The notes: generated by a model from the letters alone, not told the origin. A DNA stretch of 64,000 bases from Camelus dromedarius (GCF_036321535.1 NC_087453.1:44020001-44084000), one strand, 5' to 3'; counted from the stretch's first letter, positions 24,150-37,530 are shown. Made by a program: numbers and translations.

Positions 24150-25480
24150 CAGTTAGACCAGGTCACTGCTCCCCAAAGCCTACCCAGGCTCCCATCTCAC
24201 TCCGAGCAGAAGACAGAGGCTTTACAATGCACCCCGCTCCCGGCTCCCGCTCCCGGCTCCCGCTCCCTGGAAGGGCCTTTGCACTGGCTGTTCCCTCTGC
24301 CAGGAATTCTCTTCACCAGATTTCTGCAGGACCCCTGCCCTCGCCTCCTCCAGGCTCTTATTCAAGTGCTGTCTTTCCAGCGAGGTCTTTCTGATGCAGG
24401 AAAAAATGGATGTGGAGCGTGTGGAGGGCTGGCCTGTGTCCCAGGTCTGGTTTGAGTCCCCGGGACGTGCCCCCCCAAGTGTGGGTCCTTGGCTTCGCAT
24501 AGGAAAGAATTCAAGTGCGAGCCACCGTTGAGTAAAGGTGGATTTATTTAGAGAGGTACATACTTCTTAGTGTATAAGGCAAGAGAAAGGCAAAGAAAGA
24601 GGTGTGGGGCTTGGGTGCTCAGATTAAAGTGAAAGTTGGCACACACTCCGTAGACAGAGTGTGGGCCGTCGCCGAAGAGGAGGGAGCGACAAAGGGCCGC
24701 CAGGCGTGGTGTTGCCAGTTTTTATGGGCTCAGTACCTTCACACGCCTACAGGTGGGGCCATTCCCACTACCCTGGGGAAGGGGCTGGGATTCCCAGGAA
24801 TTGGGCCACCACCAATTTTTGGCCTTTTGTGGTTAGCTTTGGGGCTGTCATGGTGCCTGTGGGCATGTTAGTCACCATGCTATTATGTTACAATGAGCGT
24901 ATAATGAAGCTCAAAGTCTACCAGAAGTCAAATCTCCCGCCATCTTAATCTTCAAGGCCAACTGGGAGTTGAATCTTCCACCATTTTGGTGGTAGTTGCT
25001 GTGTCATTCCTTGAATGGCTGTGCCCTGCCCCCTTCCCTCCTGTCTCATTTACTGCTTGAGAAATGCAGGTGTATCCTCCACACTCCTTTCCTCTTCCTT
25101 AGCACTGAGTTATCAACATCTGACATGCTATTTTTAACTTAAGGCCAACAATCCACTGGTCATCGGTTATTTTCAAAATCACCAGTGTTGCATACAACAT
25201 TTAAATAAACAAATTATATTTATATTACATATATACATATATGATGTATGTAGCTAGCATACACACACACATATTACATCATATATAATATATATTTATG
25301 TCATGTAATTTATATAACTTCTATAAATAGATGTATCAATATCATTATATATATATCATAGATAATGCATATTACCATTATTATTTACTGTCCTTCTTCC
25401 CCAAGTGAAAAAAGCTTCATGAAGATGAGGATGCTGGTTTTGTTCCCTGTTCCTGGGATTATACACTTTTCATCAGCGTT
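24150..25480 (+). mobile_element. L2a, interrupted by an LTR and a TA-rich insertion
   Basis: gggcctttgcactggctgttccctctgccaggaattctc...tcttattcaagtgctgtctttccagcgaggtctttctg. It resumes at 25049, and the 3' part (aagcttcatgaagatgagg...ttttgttccctgttcc) is at about 25400-25480. Confidence 0.7.
24392..25048 (-). mobile_element. Relatively young ERV1-class solo LTR
   Basis: TG...CA termini with near-matching 4-bp flanks tttc/ttta. Its reverse complement starts tgagacaggagggaagggggcagggcacagcc; an antisense AATAAA-like signal is at 24544. Confidence 0.8.
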
Positions 25481-26349
25481 TCTCACACTTTAACGTGAAT
25501 GAGAATCCTCGAGGGGTCGTTCCAAGCTGTGGACTCTGATTTGGCAGCCTTGGGCTGGGACCTGAGACTCTGCACCCCTAGCAGCCTCGGGGCCCACACC
25601 GGGAACGACGGGCTGGAGTCCATGGGGGTCCCCGCCTAGAGGCGGGGCCACCAGTTGTGTTCTTCCCAAAGCTAAGTTCAAAAGCCCAGGGCTGGGCTGA
25701 CGGTATCAGAATCAGGTCGGAGAGCTTTCAGGACAGATTCGTGGCTGCCTGCCCCGGAAGCTGTGATTTAGTAAGTCAGAAGCAGGGCTAGGGATCCTGT
25801 TCTGTGAAGCTCTCCAGGTGACTGGAACGTGCACCAGGATGGGTAACCGCCGCTGTGAGAAATTAAGAATTTCTTGCATGTGCAAATGTGATTCTGATTT
25901 TGCCAAATTGTCGTCTAGTGAGTACAAAATGGAAATTGATGTCTTGACTGAAAATCAGAAAATTTTTTTCCTCCTTTGCATCACTTGGTTGGCCTCCAAA
26001 AGAATCTAATGCTCTCAACAGAGATAAAAGGAAAATGTGTATAATCAACTCAGAATATCCCCATTTGTCACTTTAAAATTCTATTTAGTGTTATGAAAAT
26101 AACACAAGCACATGATAAACGATTCAAACAGTCGAGAGACGTGCAATGAAAAGCTAGGTTTTCTTCCACGTGGATTTCCAGTCTCGTTCCTTGGAGGAAA
26201 TTATTGTCAACTGTTTCTTGTGAACACGTACAAAAATTTTCTAGACACACACACTTTTTTTTCTTGTTAAAAAAGGGAAAACTGATCAAAGCTCTGCCCC
26301 AGGCTTTTTCTGACTGCCGTGGGTCTCGTCAGCCAGGCCCAGCACGCTG

Positions 26350-26760
26350 TATTTTCCCAAGATGGCTGCAATTCTAAGACGGCCCTCAGACTGAGGTGTG
26401 GGATTTGTGGTCCTCTCCTTCGAATCCAGGTGGGCTTGCGGCTGTATTCGGAGTGACACTGTGTGACTTCTGAGGCTAGATCATAAAAAGTGACACAGCT
26501 TCCATCCAGTCCTCTCAGGATGCTTGCATGTGGACCCGGTTGCCATGTTGTGGGGAAGTAGAGACACCATGTGGAGAAGACATGTTTAGGTTTTCTTGGC
26601 CAACAGCCGTGGTCGAAGTCCCAGCCGACAGCCGGCATCACCCTCATGTGGAGGTGAGCGTCAGATGACTCTAGCTTCCAGCCATGAAGCGGAGATGAGC
26701 TGCAAGGAAACTGGAGACAAAATTTCCTAACCCTATTTAAGGGCCGCACAGCAGGAGTTA
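26350..26760 (+). mobile_element. MaLR LTR (MLT1-type)
   Basis: ctgtgtgacttctgaggctagatcataaaaag...gttgccatgttgtggggaag...cccagccgacagccggcatca...cagatgactctagc. Confidence 0.7.
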
Positions 26761-27694
26761 CAGGAGGGCGGTGTAAGTTGAGTGTCACGGGCAGATGATC
26801 TTGAGCCGGTCCCTTTGTACGAGTTACCCCAGGCTAAGCAGTGCTGCAGCGACAGACAGAGCTTCACGTCTTACAACCCGGCGCCGTCAGTGTTTAGTTT
26901 TCACTCACGTTACAGACAGCAAAGCTCAGGAGGCTGTCCTCCCCATCGCGACCCGGGGGTCCCGTTTCCTTCCACGCGGCGGCTTTTCCATCTCCTTGAG
27001 CCTCCTTGGAATCTTGTGCTGTGTCCTCTTCATTAAGTGGCCTCTCAGCAGAGGAACAGAGCATGGAGGACGGCCCAGGGGGTCACACAGTGTGGCCTTA
27101 AATGAGTTCTGTCACTTCTGCCCACGATCCACTGGCCAAGACCCAAGCCTGTGGCCCCTTCCTAATCGCAAAGGAGCCTGGGGGAGGCAGTCTCCTTGAC
27201 TACTGAGGCAGAGCATCCAGCCAGTGTCTGCCACACAGGGCCTCCATTTCCTCTCTGCGGTTGGAGGTAATAACAATACCGGCCTCACCAGGGAGCAGTG
27301 AGGGTCAAAATGTAAGAAGCTGTCTTATCTCTGAAGGAGCTGACAGGACCTTACCCATTTTAGGTGTTTCCCAGCAGAGAAAGATACCAGGGATGACGGA
27401 CACTTTTCACCATCATTCTCGCGTCCCCGTGGACAAGGGGCGGTGATCATCACTGCCCCTCCCCGAGGCTATTCCCTATATAGCCCCCAGCAACCATTGC
27501 CCTCACACCAACAACCACTGCTCCCCAGCGGAGAAAGGACGTGCCACAAAGAGCAGCCCACCCTCGTGCTATTCAAGCTCAAAGGCAGGAGGGTCAAGAC
27601 CGCAGCTGGTCCCTTCCCAGGCGACGTTCAAGTGGGGCGCTGAGCGAGATGCACTTGTTCTTTCTGAGTCCTGCTCCCGGGGCCACGGGGCTCC

Positions 27695-27708
27695 GTTGCC
27701 ATAGCAGC
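27695..27708. promoter_or_regulatory. RFX X-box-like palindrome GTTGCCATAGCAGC
   Basis: One mismatch to GTTGCCATRGCAAC, in non-repetitive sequence. Motif only. Confidence 0.35.
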
Positions 27709-30700
27709 GTGTAAACTGCACATAAACAAGAACCAGAAACAGATTAAGTTCAAGGAGCCGAAAGCGAAGAATGTCAGCTCTTTTAGACCCTGGTTGTCCA
27801 CAAGGCTTTCTTGTCCATTCCTCAGTAAGATGCTGGAATCTGGGGGAGCCCAGTCTTTTCATCTGTACGTGGCACCTGAGCTGCCTAGATCAAGCAGTCG
27901 TGGAGAGGGTCCCTTAAGGAAATGCCCTGGAGGGGGCTTTACAAACCGGTAAGCTGTGCTGGGAAGAGGCGGGCCGTGCTGCTCCTCCTTCTGTTTATTG
28001 CTGGAGACGCGCTGGGCAGCGGCCTTACTGTGCAACTCCAAAAAAATCACAGCCTTTTTTCTGATTATAAACTTTTTGTATAAAACTTGGAAAACACAGG
28101 AAGGTATAATTATAGCTTCTGTTTGTTGAATGATTTCATTGTTCCCCTGAGTCACCCTCGTGGGATGGGGGACCTGCCCTCCTGCTTGCGTAGCAGGCCG
28201 CTCCGCCTGTTAGGAGTCAAGGTGGTTACACTGCTCGCGCTGGCTGTCTGTTTCCAAAGCAAGCTGCTCAGCAGTTTTACAGCGTGTGTCAGCGGTCTTA
28301 AAAATGTCCATTTCCTTTGGCCCCATAAACTTCTTCCTAGAAATACTTCCTGAAGAGATAATCCTAAACACAGCCCAGATTTACGGCCAGTGATCCAAAA
28401 GCAAAACAAAACAAAAGGCCATGGCAGGTTTATTTATAAAAGTGAGAGTTGCAAATGTAAATCCCTGTCCTTGGAGTTGTGGTTAAGGAAGTCAGGGAGC
28501 ATCCATGCAGTGGAGTATTATGTGATCCCTAAGAAAGCTGTTTATGTTACACTTTTAATGATGTAGGAAATTGTTCATTACATAAATATTCACACAATGG
28601 TGAATGCTGTCAGAGTTTTATCTCAACTGTGCTCAAAACACATAGAAAAATGACAGGAAAGAAATAGGCCAAAAGGAACTGTATTATTTCTGGATGGTAG
28701 GATTATGAGACCCTTCTTTTTTGTGCGTCTTCCCCCGTCACACCCAGACCCCCACCCCTGCTTTTCTGTAGTATGTAGTGTCTTTTAGAAACTTTAAAGT
28801 TTCTACATGGAAAAAATAAAATTCTGAACAAAGTTTTCAAAACCCTGTAAATCTCCTCCCAGACCGACGTTTCCTAGCTGAACTTCATCTCACTTGTTTC
28901 CAGTTTCATTTGCTTTTCCTTATAAATGCTGTGTTGCCGTTGGTGCTGGAAGCACTGGGTGGAATTCAGTCCAAAAGATGTAGAAACTGGAGCCGTCTGC
29001 TCACCAAGACGTCGCCTGCCAAGAGCTGCTCGTATGAAATTTCCACCTTCAGGCGCAGGTCAGAAAGCACAATCAAATGTTTTTCATAACATCAAGCGTA
29101 TCTTTGGCGAATAAGATCAAGAGGGAAAGGATCTAAAATCATGGATCCGATTAGAGCTGCAGCGTGTGGGAGACGAGCGTCCATGAAGAGCCAGGTCACC
29201 TGAGAGGACAGGTTGCTGAGGATGAGCACAGGGTTCCTGCGGAGCCTGGCGACCCCGGACCCTGCTCCGGGGGCTTTTGTGTGAGTGGCTCTGAGTGTCC
29301 CTTGCAGGAAGCTGCATAGAGGAAAGTCAGTGCAACATCCCCCAGGCAGGATTTTCAAACCCACCCTCAGAAGAAGAGACACGGGACAAGGCACTCCCAG
29401 GAAGCGCCTGTCTGCTCGCCTGTCCTTGCCGGCCACCCACAAAGCCCTTGAGCAGGTGAAGTCCCATGCGGAGTGACTTCTGAGCGGAAGCCAGAAGAAT
29501 CTGACGTGTACTGAATGTCATGCGATTATCCATTTGCACCAGGTCCGACAGCAAGGACAGCATTTGTTCTAAGGGTCAAGATTTCACGAGACCTGGCCGA
29601 GTGCTTGACAGCTGGGACCCCACCGACGTTCACCCCGCGTCTTTCCTGGTGGGGAAGACGAGTGCAGCACAGATTTCTATTGTTAGAAATAGCCTCAAAG
29701 CTCAGAATAAAGTCTGGGGTTTGCTTGGAGGGTAGACTCAGTGAAGGCAACAGTGCTTGCTAATCCTGGGCACCTCCGAGACACCGCCCTCGAAAGGGAG
29801 CTGCACGTGGGGCCCACTCTGCTTCTCTCGGGTCTTTTCCAGTGGATGTTTGACTTCGGTCTGTAGTCGAGCTGGTGACAAGTCTACCATGGAGCCTTGA
29901 ACTTTTCTGGGACCAGGAGTGCTTGTTAAGGAGGATGTCATACACAGGACAGTCTAGTTCTTTCCTTTCTTTTTTTTTTTTTTTGCATTCTTTTTTATTG
30001 AAGTGTAGTCGGTTTGCAGTGCTGTGTCCATTCCTGGCGGGCAGCATCCCAGTTCAGTCACCCACGTACACACATACATTCGTCTTCATATTCTTTTTCA
30101 TTGTGGGTCGCTGCAGGTTACCGAAGGGATAGTCTAGTTTTGAGACCCAACCCCGTTTTATAATGGCACTGAGACTTTCATTTCCTTGCGTGTCTCATGT
30201 GGTCCCCGGTTCCCAGCTTCGCGTCTCTCCTCCTCTGCCCCGTGAAGGGCTCTCAGCTGCCCTTACCTTCCTGGGCACACTCTCAGGTTTCCCTGGCTGT
30301 CTCTGACCAGCTCAGCTCTCATTCAGAGCCCAGCGCCTCTGTGTACATGTGTCTCCTGTCACGGAGTCCCTGCCGGGTGACCTGACTGGTCCCCCTCACC
30401 TCCAAGGCCCAGAAGCTAGCTTTGCCCTTGCAGATCCCTGCTCATGTTAGACCCCTGCCTTTGAGCCCACGTCTAGGCCTTTCTGGTGCCTCTGTGACTC
30501 AGTGTCACCACCTCCCGTCCGCTCCGGTGGGAGCATCCACAGAACGGATGTCACCTTCATGGTCTCACTCTGGGTCCTCAGCTCTCAGCCGCTTTTCTGA
30601 CATTCAGCATGTCATGGGCCTCGGCATGTCTGGGGGCAGCTGCTGGGAGAATCTTCCTCCTTCAAAAGGAGCTTTTTTAGGTGACTCAGTTCCACCCCTC

Positions 30701-30824
30701 AGATCCAAGAGATGGAGGGCGACCAACTCAGGCTGCGGCTGCCTGGACCTGAGTGCAGGTTGAAGAGTCGCCCTCCGGGGGGGGGGGGAGGGGCTTTTCC
30801 AATGACACCTTCTTTTTCCTTCTT

Positions 30825-31240
30825 TTACCCCCCCAGCTTTACTGAGGTATAACTGACAAGCAAACTTTTATGTATTTAAAGCACACAAAGTGATGATTTG
30901 ATGCGCGTATACATCAAGTTAATTAACACCTCCGTCACCTCACATAGTTACCGTTCTCGAGGTGAGATCACTTCAGATCTACTCTCCTACCGGATTTCAA
31001 GTATACAGCGCGGGGTTATGACTCCAGTCACTATGCTGCGCAAGAAATCACCAGAATACACTCCTCTTGTAACTGAAATTTTGCGCCCTCTAACCAACAC
31101 CTCCCCGTTCTCCCCCCGCCCCCAGCCCAGCTCCTGGCAACCGCCACGCTCTCTCTTTCCATGAGCTCGCCTGTTCTTTCTCTTTAGATCCCAGCTGTAA
31201 GTGACACCATCCACTATTCGTCTGTCTCTGTCTGACTCGA
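30825..31240 (-). mobile_element. L1MA9-like 3' end
   Basis: cagctttactgaggtataactgac...acacctccgtcacctcacatagttacc...gtaactgaaattttgcgccctctaaccaacacctcccc. Confidence 0.8.
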
Positions 31241-31404
31241 CACTAGCTTCTATTCACTCTGCGTGAGCGAAACTGAAACAAGATCTGGAAGCAAAGATAG
31301 GTCTCCCTGCATGAGAGGCAGGTCGTTCAGCAGAGTGAGACCGCAGTACCAGGATGGTCTTGCAGCCTCTGGTGATGGGGGTTGCACTGTATGCGTATCC
31401 TCAC

Positions 31405-33581
31405 TGCCGTCCTGAGGTGTCATAGTCAACCATGAAACACGGGCATCTTCCTAAATAGACAAAACCAGGATTGTCCACGGGGAGTATTCTCCACATGCGG
31501 GGTAGCTGGACCACACAGACCATACCTCGTCCTCCCCAAAGGAACCTCCTTCTTGGAGATTTCTCACTCAAGTTCTGGTCTCAGTACGGACACATCGCTT
31601 CTCCGTAACAGTATGATTGAAAAAGTCTGACACTCAAGGAAACCTTCCCAAAGTCTTCTGGATCATAAAATGGAAATATACGCTGAAAGGAACCACAAGT
31701 GAGATAGTCTGGCTACACAATATGGCTTTTTTATTGTTGTTTTGTTTTGTTTTAGTTTATTCTTGGGTTGCTCCGCAGAGGTGGCATTCGTTTTAGTCCC
31801 CAGCTTGTGGCTATGTCAGACCCTGGGTGGAAGTTGCTAGGTTCGTGGATGAATTTCAACAAAGTTTACCAATGCCCTGAAGTTTGAATTGAAGGGTCAT
31901 GTGCCTGTGCGTTTTTCTGGGGACAGAGTCCACATCTTTCATGAGGTTCTCAAAGGTGCCTTTGTATCCCCAAGTGGTAGGTACCACGTTAGCCCTGATA
32001 CCTGAGTCCCACAGCGTGGATGTCTCCACTTCTCAAAGATAAGAGGTGAAAAGTGAGAGACAAATAGATCCCCTCTCCAGTTTCCTTCCTGAGTGATTGA
32101 CCCCAAGAACAACCATCTTTTTCAAGGGGCACCAAACCACGCTGATAACCAACTCAAAACACAGCTCTGACAGAAATGGCACCCCAGTATTTGGGATCAT
32201 GTGTATTGTAGACCCAGCCTCTGCCTGGCTCTTGACGAGGTCCTGTAATAAACCAAAGTTCCTTATGCTGTAAAAACAGGCAACAATTTTGTTTAAACCT
32301 CTCTCATCTCTTCTCCCTGGGCTTCAGTTGAACTGGGTTTTAGGAATGGTTAGCAAGTTGTGTTTCTATAGACGCCCGGTGGGGAGAACGCTAACTGCAG
32401 TCTGCTTCATGTTCTCAGAAGGTGAGAACGCTTAATGTTGTGGAGACAACACCACGTGTAGTTCCAGGGATAGCCGCGACCATAGAACCGTGCGTTGGTT
32501 CCATCTCCCAGTGGATGGCTTATCATCTCTGCCAGCAGATGCAGCTTCGTGTGTAATTGGCAAGATCACACAGATACTTTTCCAGAGTATCCACATTAGA
32601 CTGTTAGACCAGTGGCAAAACCACTGGTTCCGACTTGACTGATCAAATATTGGAAGTGACCAAAGGGTCCTTGCAAACTAAACTAGGAGTGTTGAGTCCC
32701 CATGGAAAGAAGGCTACTCCTGGGATGGAGAGGCCAGAGTTACGGTGCTGCCCTGGGCACTGACCAGCTGTACACGTTAGTAAGTTAGCTGGTCTGTATG
32801 GATGCTCACCTGGATTCTTGCCAGTAGAATAAGGCTCTCTGAGGTCCAGTGCAGCTCTGACTTCTGCGTCTACTGACTGTACACATTTGATTCTGAAAAA
32901 GCCTAGGAGGGAACACGTGGCCTTAAATATGGGCAAAAGGACAAGGGACAGGGCTAGTACTATGAGTTGGGGCTGCACTAAAAGAGGTTTCAGCTGGTGG
33001 TTTAATTAAAAAATATTGAGACAATGATGGTCTTATTTCACTGTCTGAGATGTTCAAATGGAGAGTCCAGAATTTTTCCAATGATTGTATAATCCCCCAC
33101 CTATCTTTGGCTCCATCAAGGCAAACTGGAACTGATCTTGAGAAACAAGAAGGAAATATAAGCATGTTTACTAATCAGGGTCACGTGTTCACTTCTGCCG
33201 TCATCTGTTTGCCCCAGTGCACCCTCTCTTTTATCATGGCTATGCTCTGAAATAACAGTTCCGCACTGGACAGCTATGGAGTAAAGTTTAGGCTTACATT
33301 TCCCAGGAGGAGTCAGATTCACTCAGCGTCTGCCCTCAGACACAGCACACGGTCCTAAGCCAGGGAAATATCTTATTCTAAATAGCTGTACACAGGGCCC
33401 GAGTAATGGACGCACAGGGTGATCTCCCGCTGCAGACACTGGTCGGTAGTTTAAGCAGCTTCCTCGCAGTCCCGCCAGTGACGTGCACACTTCTCCCCGT
33501 TCTCACCTGGTAACTTACTGTTTGTAGAACCGGAAGCAATCTGGACCCAGTGGTGATTTGGTGAACGCTGAGTGTCTCCAC
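31405..33581 (-). ncRNA. Candidate spliced transcript; putative exons 33581-33519 (or -33507), 32892-32810 and 31450-31405 or longer
   Basis: Consensus splice sites on the minus strand: ttgcag|GTGGAG...AAACA|gtaagt; ctttttcag|AATCAA...CCAG|gtgagc; ttttgtctatttag|GAAG. No recognisable protein. Confidence 0.3.
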
Positions 33582-34519
33582 CTGCAAAGTCCACCAGCAA
33601 ACTCAGGTTTGAGTTTTGGAAATGTTTCCGATAGGTGAAACTTACAGCGACCCCATTAAACCTTTCATCCAACAGAAGACACCATTTATAAGTACTTCCC
33701 AGTGGGGCCAAGACAGCTGAGTACTGTATTTGGATACGGTAATATCCAGGTGAAAATAGAAACTCAAATTATTTTATCCCTCATGCATTGAATGTTTTGC
33801 TTAGGCCCAGCCAGTGACCTAGAAATTCACCACTAGAAGGATGATATTTCAAAATGTTTCTGAGCAAAATAATTTCCAGTAAATGTTATCTTCAAACGCA
33901 AGTATTATGCTAAGCTTGACACAAATGCAAATCAGATACGAAAAGCCTATCCTAAGCGAGCGTAAAGAGGGGACGGTTCATAAACACCCAGGACATGCAG
34001 CGATACAGGCGGGGGTGTTCGGCGAGCGGGAGCCTTGACGCAGTGGTGGGAGTTGCCAGAGTTGCCACGGGACGTGGCTCAGGAGAGTCAGCTCAGCTTG
34101 GGTGGAAACCAGATTGAAAGTGCAGGTCGGAGTCAGAGCCTGTTCAGGACGTTTTCGGCACCACAGGCTGGGGCGACGTTAACCTTCTTAAAGCTACCGT
34201 GTTGTCCCCTAGACTCCTGGAGAGCCCTGGGGCTGGCGGAGGCCCTTGCTGGTTAGGAGGGGCCCAGAAGGTCATATCCCAGCTGGATTGTCTTTTGAAA
34301 CTTTTAAGATATTTACTGAGCACCTGCTACGTGGAAAACCTCTACAGGGCATGGCAAGAAATTCTAGGAAGGGTCACTTTTAAGGATCCTGAAATGTAGA
34401 AACAATTACCATTATCTTAAAATAGATGCAAGGATAGAGAAAATGGATGCCAAAGAGACATCTGATGAATGTCAGTATCTGCTTTGATAAAATGGAGCGA
34501 GGACGAGCCGGGTAGACGT

Positions 34520-34855
34520 GTGAGTTGATGGAGATGATGATGGGGCCATAAGCCATTTGGTGTAACCTGCCCGCTTGGCCACAGTGACTTGTTCAGGAGT
34601 GAGTGACGGTCCGCTGGGCCAGTGTGACATGAGGGTGTTTCTTCTGGCTCCTGGAGAGATGTTCTCTTTCTGTTATGTGTGAACAAGGAAACATGTCGCC
34701 CGGAGAGGCCTCTGGCAGCCACCATGGGGCCAGGAGGAAGTGGCCTTGGACCTGCGACTAGGAAGATGACGACTGACCGGATGGCTTGCCTGAACTTGCG
34801 GGGGGGCTTCTAATTTACTGCATAGGCCAGTTTGAGTTTAGTTTTCTGTTACTGA
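34520..34855. mobile_element. MaLR LTR (MLT1-type) fragment
   Basis: ttggccacagtgacttgttcaggagtgag...ctggcagccaccatggg...ggccagtttgagtttagttttctgttact. Confidence 0.6.
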
Positions 34856-34889
34856 GGACAGCCGAATGAGCGCTACCTCATTAAAACAT

Positions 34890-35700
34890 CGATCTTCAAT
34901 CAAGAGGAAACATCCTGTTTAACGGAGAAGCATTACAGACATGCTCATTAAAGTCAGAAACAAGAAAAGATTGCCGCAGTCTGGTCTGTAATTCAATATT
35001 GGTTTACGCTGCATTAGCCAATGAAGTCGGGCAGATAACGGGGAATGGGTTTTGGAAGGCGAGACTGACGGGGCATTATCATCACTTACTGATCGTGCTG
35101 TTTTCTATTTGGAGAACTTAAAATAATTAACCAGGAAACTATTGGAAGAGAGTTCAAAAATATGGCTGGGCATCAAATATAGGGGAAAAAATCTGTAATC
35201 TCTTGTATAACAGTGATAGTTACAGAACATGAAAAATGAGCTCACTCACAACTGTAAAAAATAATGTGTGGAGCTCGGGCTTCAAAATAACAGCATTTAA
35301 CAGAGGGCAGTCATTTCAGAAATCTATTTGAATCAGTAGGAATGCAGCCCCAAACAGACAAAAATGGTATATTCATTTTCAGAGCTCAGGGAGGCAATAA
35401 GTACCAAAAGCTTTAACAGCTTCAAAACACTTTGTTTCCTAACCTTTATTTGTCCAGAAATTTATCCTACAGAAATCGCTAAAGATCTGTTCGAAGATTT
35501 AATTCCAGGGATGTTTACTGAAATGTCTTTTATAAGTACAGGAAATAATTAAAATGTGGCACAAAACGGATTTACGTAAATCTATCCTGGCATTTTCATA
35601 CACAGTGGCACACTGCAATTTATTGAAAACATGTTATCAGAGTATTGATTGAATTGGGAAGATACACACGCCATAGTAAATGAAGACGCTACTAAGCAGT
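34890..35700 (+). mobile_element. Old L1ME fragments
   Basis: attaaagtcagaaacaagaaaagattgcc...ccaggaaactattggaagagagttc...aatttatcctacagaaat...gggatgtttactg. Confidence 0.55.
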
Positions 35701-36002
35701 GTGCACAGGGTAATCTGATCTTAAAGCAGAGGTGCCGTGGCAGCAGGTAGCGATGGGAGAGGGAAGGCTCGACTGGATGTCCTAGGGGTGTCCCATGGCA
35801 CGGAGGCCACACGCGGGCCTCTAGAAGGGGCAGCTCTGAGAGGAAGGACATGGAGAGAGAGCCGACAAGAAGGAAAGCTACTACCTGCTTCTGCGTGTAA
35901 TTCTCCACCCCGTGGCTCCACACGTGCTCAGTGAAACATGTGGAGTCACTGGATTTCCTGTGAAAGGCACATGGGGCTGTTCCCCACCGCGTCACCATGG
36001 CT

Positions 36003-36130
36003 GGGTGTGCTAGTTACCTATTGCTGTGTAACAAATTGCCCCAAAACTTCGTTGCTTTTCTCTCACAGAGCGTTTATTACCTCACACAGTTTCTGCTGGT
36101 GAGGACGTTGGGGGACACCTTCCACTGCAG
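36003..36130. mobile_element. MaLR LTR (MLT1) terminal fragment
   Basis: gtgtgctagttacctattgctgtgtaacaaattgccccaaaactt...tttattacctcacacagtttctg. Confidence 0.65.
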
Positions 36131-37454
36131 CGAGGGGTCTGAGGGAGAGACTGGGCACCCAAGATGGAGGTGGAAGTGCTTCAGAACCAGTCTCAGACGT
36201 GACGTGCAGACTAACCGGGGAGTCACACAAAGGTGCAGGCACCAGGAATCCACTGGGAGCCATCCGGGAGGCTGTGGGAAGAGAAGAGAGAGTTGAAGGG
36301 AGGGGAGGGCGGGAACACAATGACATGAGGTCAGACATTTGGGAGGATCACAGATGGCATGTTGGATTCACCAGGTAGTGAAATTTGGGTTTGGAGCGAA
36401 GCTTACCTACATCTCGGAGGGTCACCGAGGCTCAAGTCGCGACATGGAATGTGCAGGGACTGGCTTGCAATCTCTTGCTGCCCGTTAGCTGGGGCATCCG
36501 AGAGAGGCTGTTTGAGGGTGGTGCCATCCCACACGTGCAGCCCGAGCCGAGGGATCGCCAGTGATGTGAAGGGTCTGTGTAGTGAGGAGCAGCCCTGGGA
36601 GCACGGGTGACCCAGCTTTCATATAAATAGTCCCTGTTATCCGTGTGCCGGTAGGAGGGTCAGGTCACAGCAGTGGGAGGAATATGTGTCCCTTACAGAG
36701 ATGTGACTGCATCAGCTCTGGAAGCGAGTGCTCGAATGGGCAAGGATTGTTGGTCTTTTGATAACTGAGGGAAAAATGCTAGTTGCAGCCCCTGCAAGGG
36801 GACAGAAACTGAACCAAAGTTCAAGGACAATGGTTTCCTCCCGTTGGTCTGTCCCACCCCGAGGGACCCCATTCATGGGATCAGAGCTCCCCCCTTTCCC
36901 ATGAAATGAACAGAAGGCTCCTTGGATGTTCAGTCACTACTTGAGGCAGAATCTAAAACACAGGAAAAAGTAGGGTAGGACTCTGCAGCCCTCCGCCCTC
37001 TGGAGGGGGTTCCAGATGGGGGCTGACAGCAGGGCATCTGCGAGAGAAGGACAGGAGGCTCTGGGGGCAGAGTCAGGGATGGAGGGGGGATCCTGTGGGG
37101 CACCTTGTCGAGGCTCCTGTGTGACCAGGGTTCAAGGTGCCTAAATAAAGCATGTCTCCTCACCCTTCCCCCGGCACTGCCATGGGGCAGTCTCCCACGT
37201 TCTGCAGAAGGGAAAAAATGCTGTAGATGTCTGTCCAGATTCAGTGTTTGTTTGGTTTGGGGCAGACAGAAGAGAATTTTCTAGGGAGAAGGCAGCCTAA
37301 ATGCCTGGAAATATGACGGCAGTAACTGTCCTCTGGGGGGCGTAGGGCGGATTAACCAGTCACGACAACCCACAGTCCAGGTGCTGAGAGCCCATTCCCT
37401 GACCACCACACCTCCCTCCGCGCTCCCCACCCGGAGCATCGAAGGGCAGCTCAG

Positions 37455-37530
37455 CACGTGCACACGCACACGCACACGCATTGCACACGCACCAGCTGCA
37501 CACACACACACATACCCACAGGCACACGTG
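37455..37530. repeat. Imperfect (CA)n/(CACG)n microsatellite
   Basis: cacgtgcacacgcacacgcacacgcattgcacacgc...cacacacacacatac. Confidence 0.9.

Noticed and set aside
28921-29470. TATAAA followed by a possible plus-strand exon (29310-29457) open in two frames
   Set aside because: The donor is weak (CAG|gtgaag), the peptide is unrecognised and there is no corroborating exon chain.
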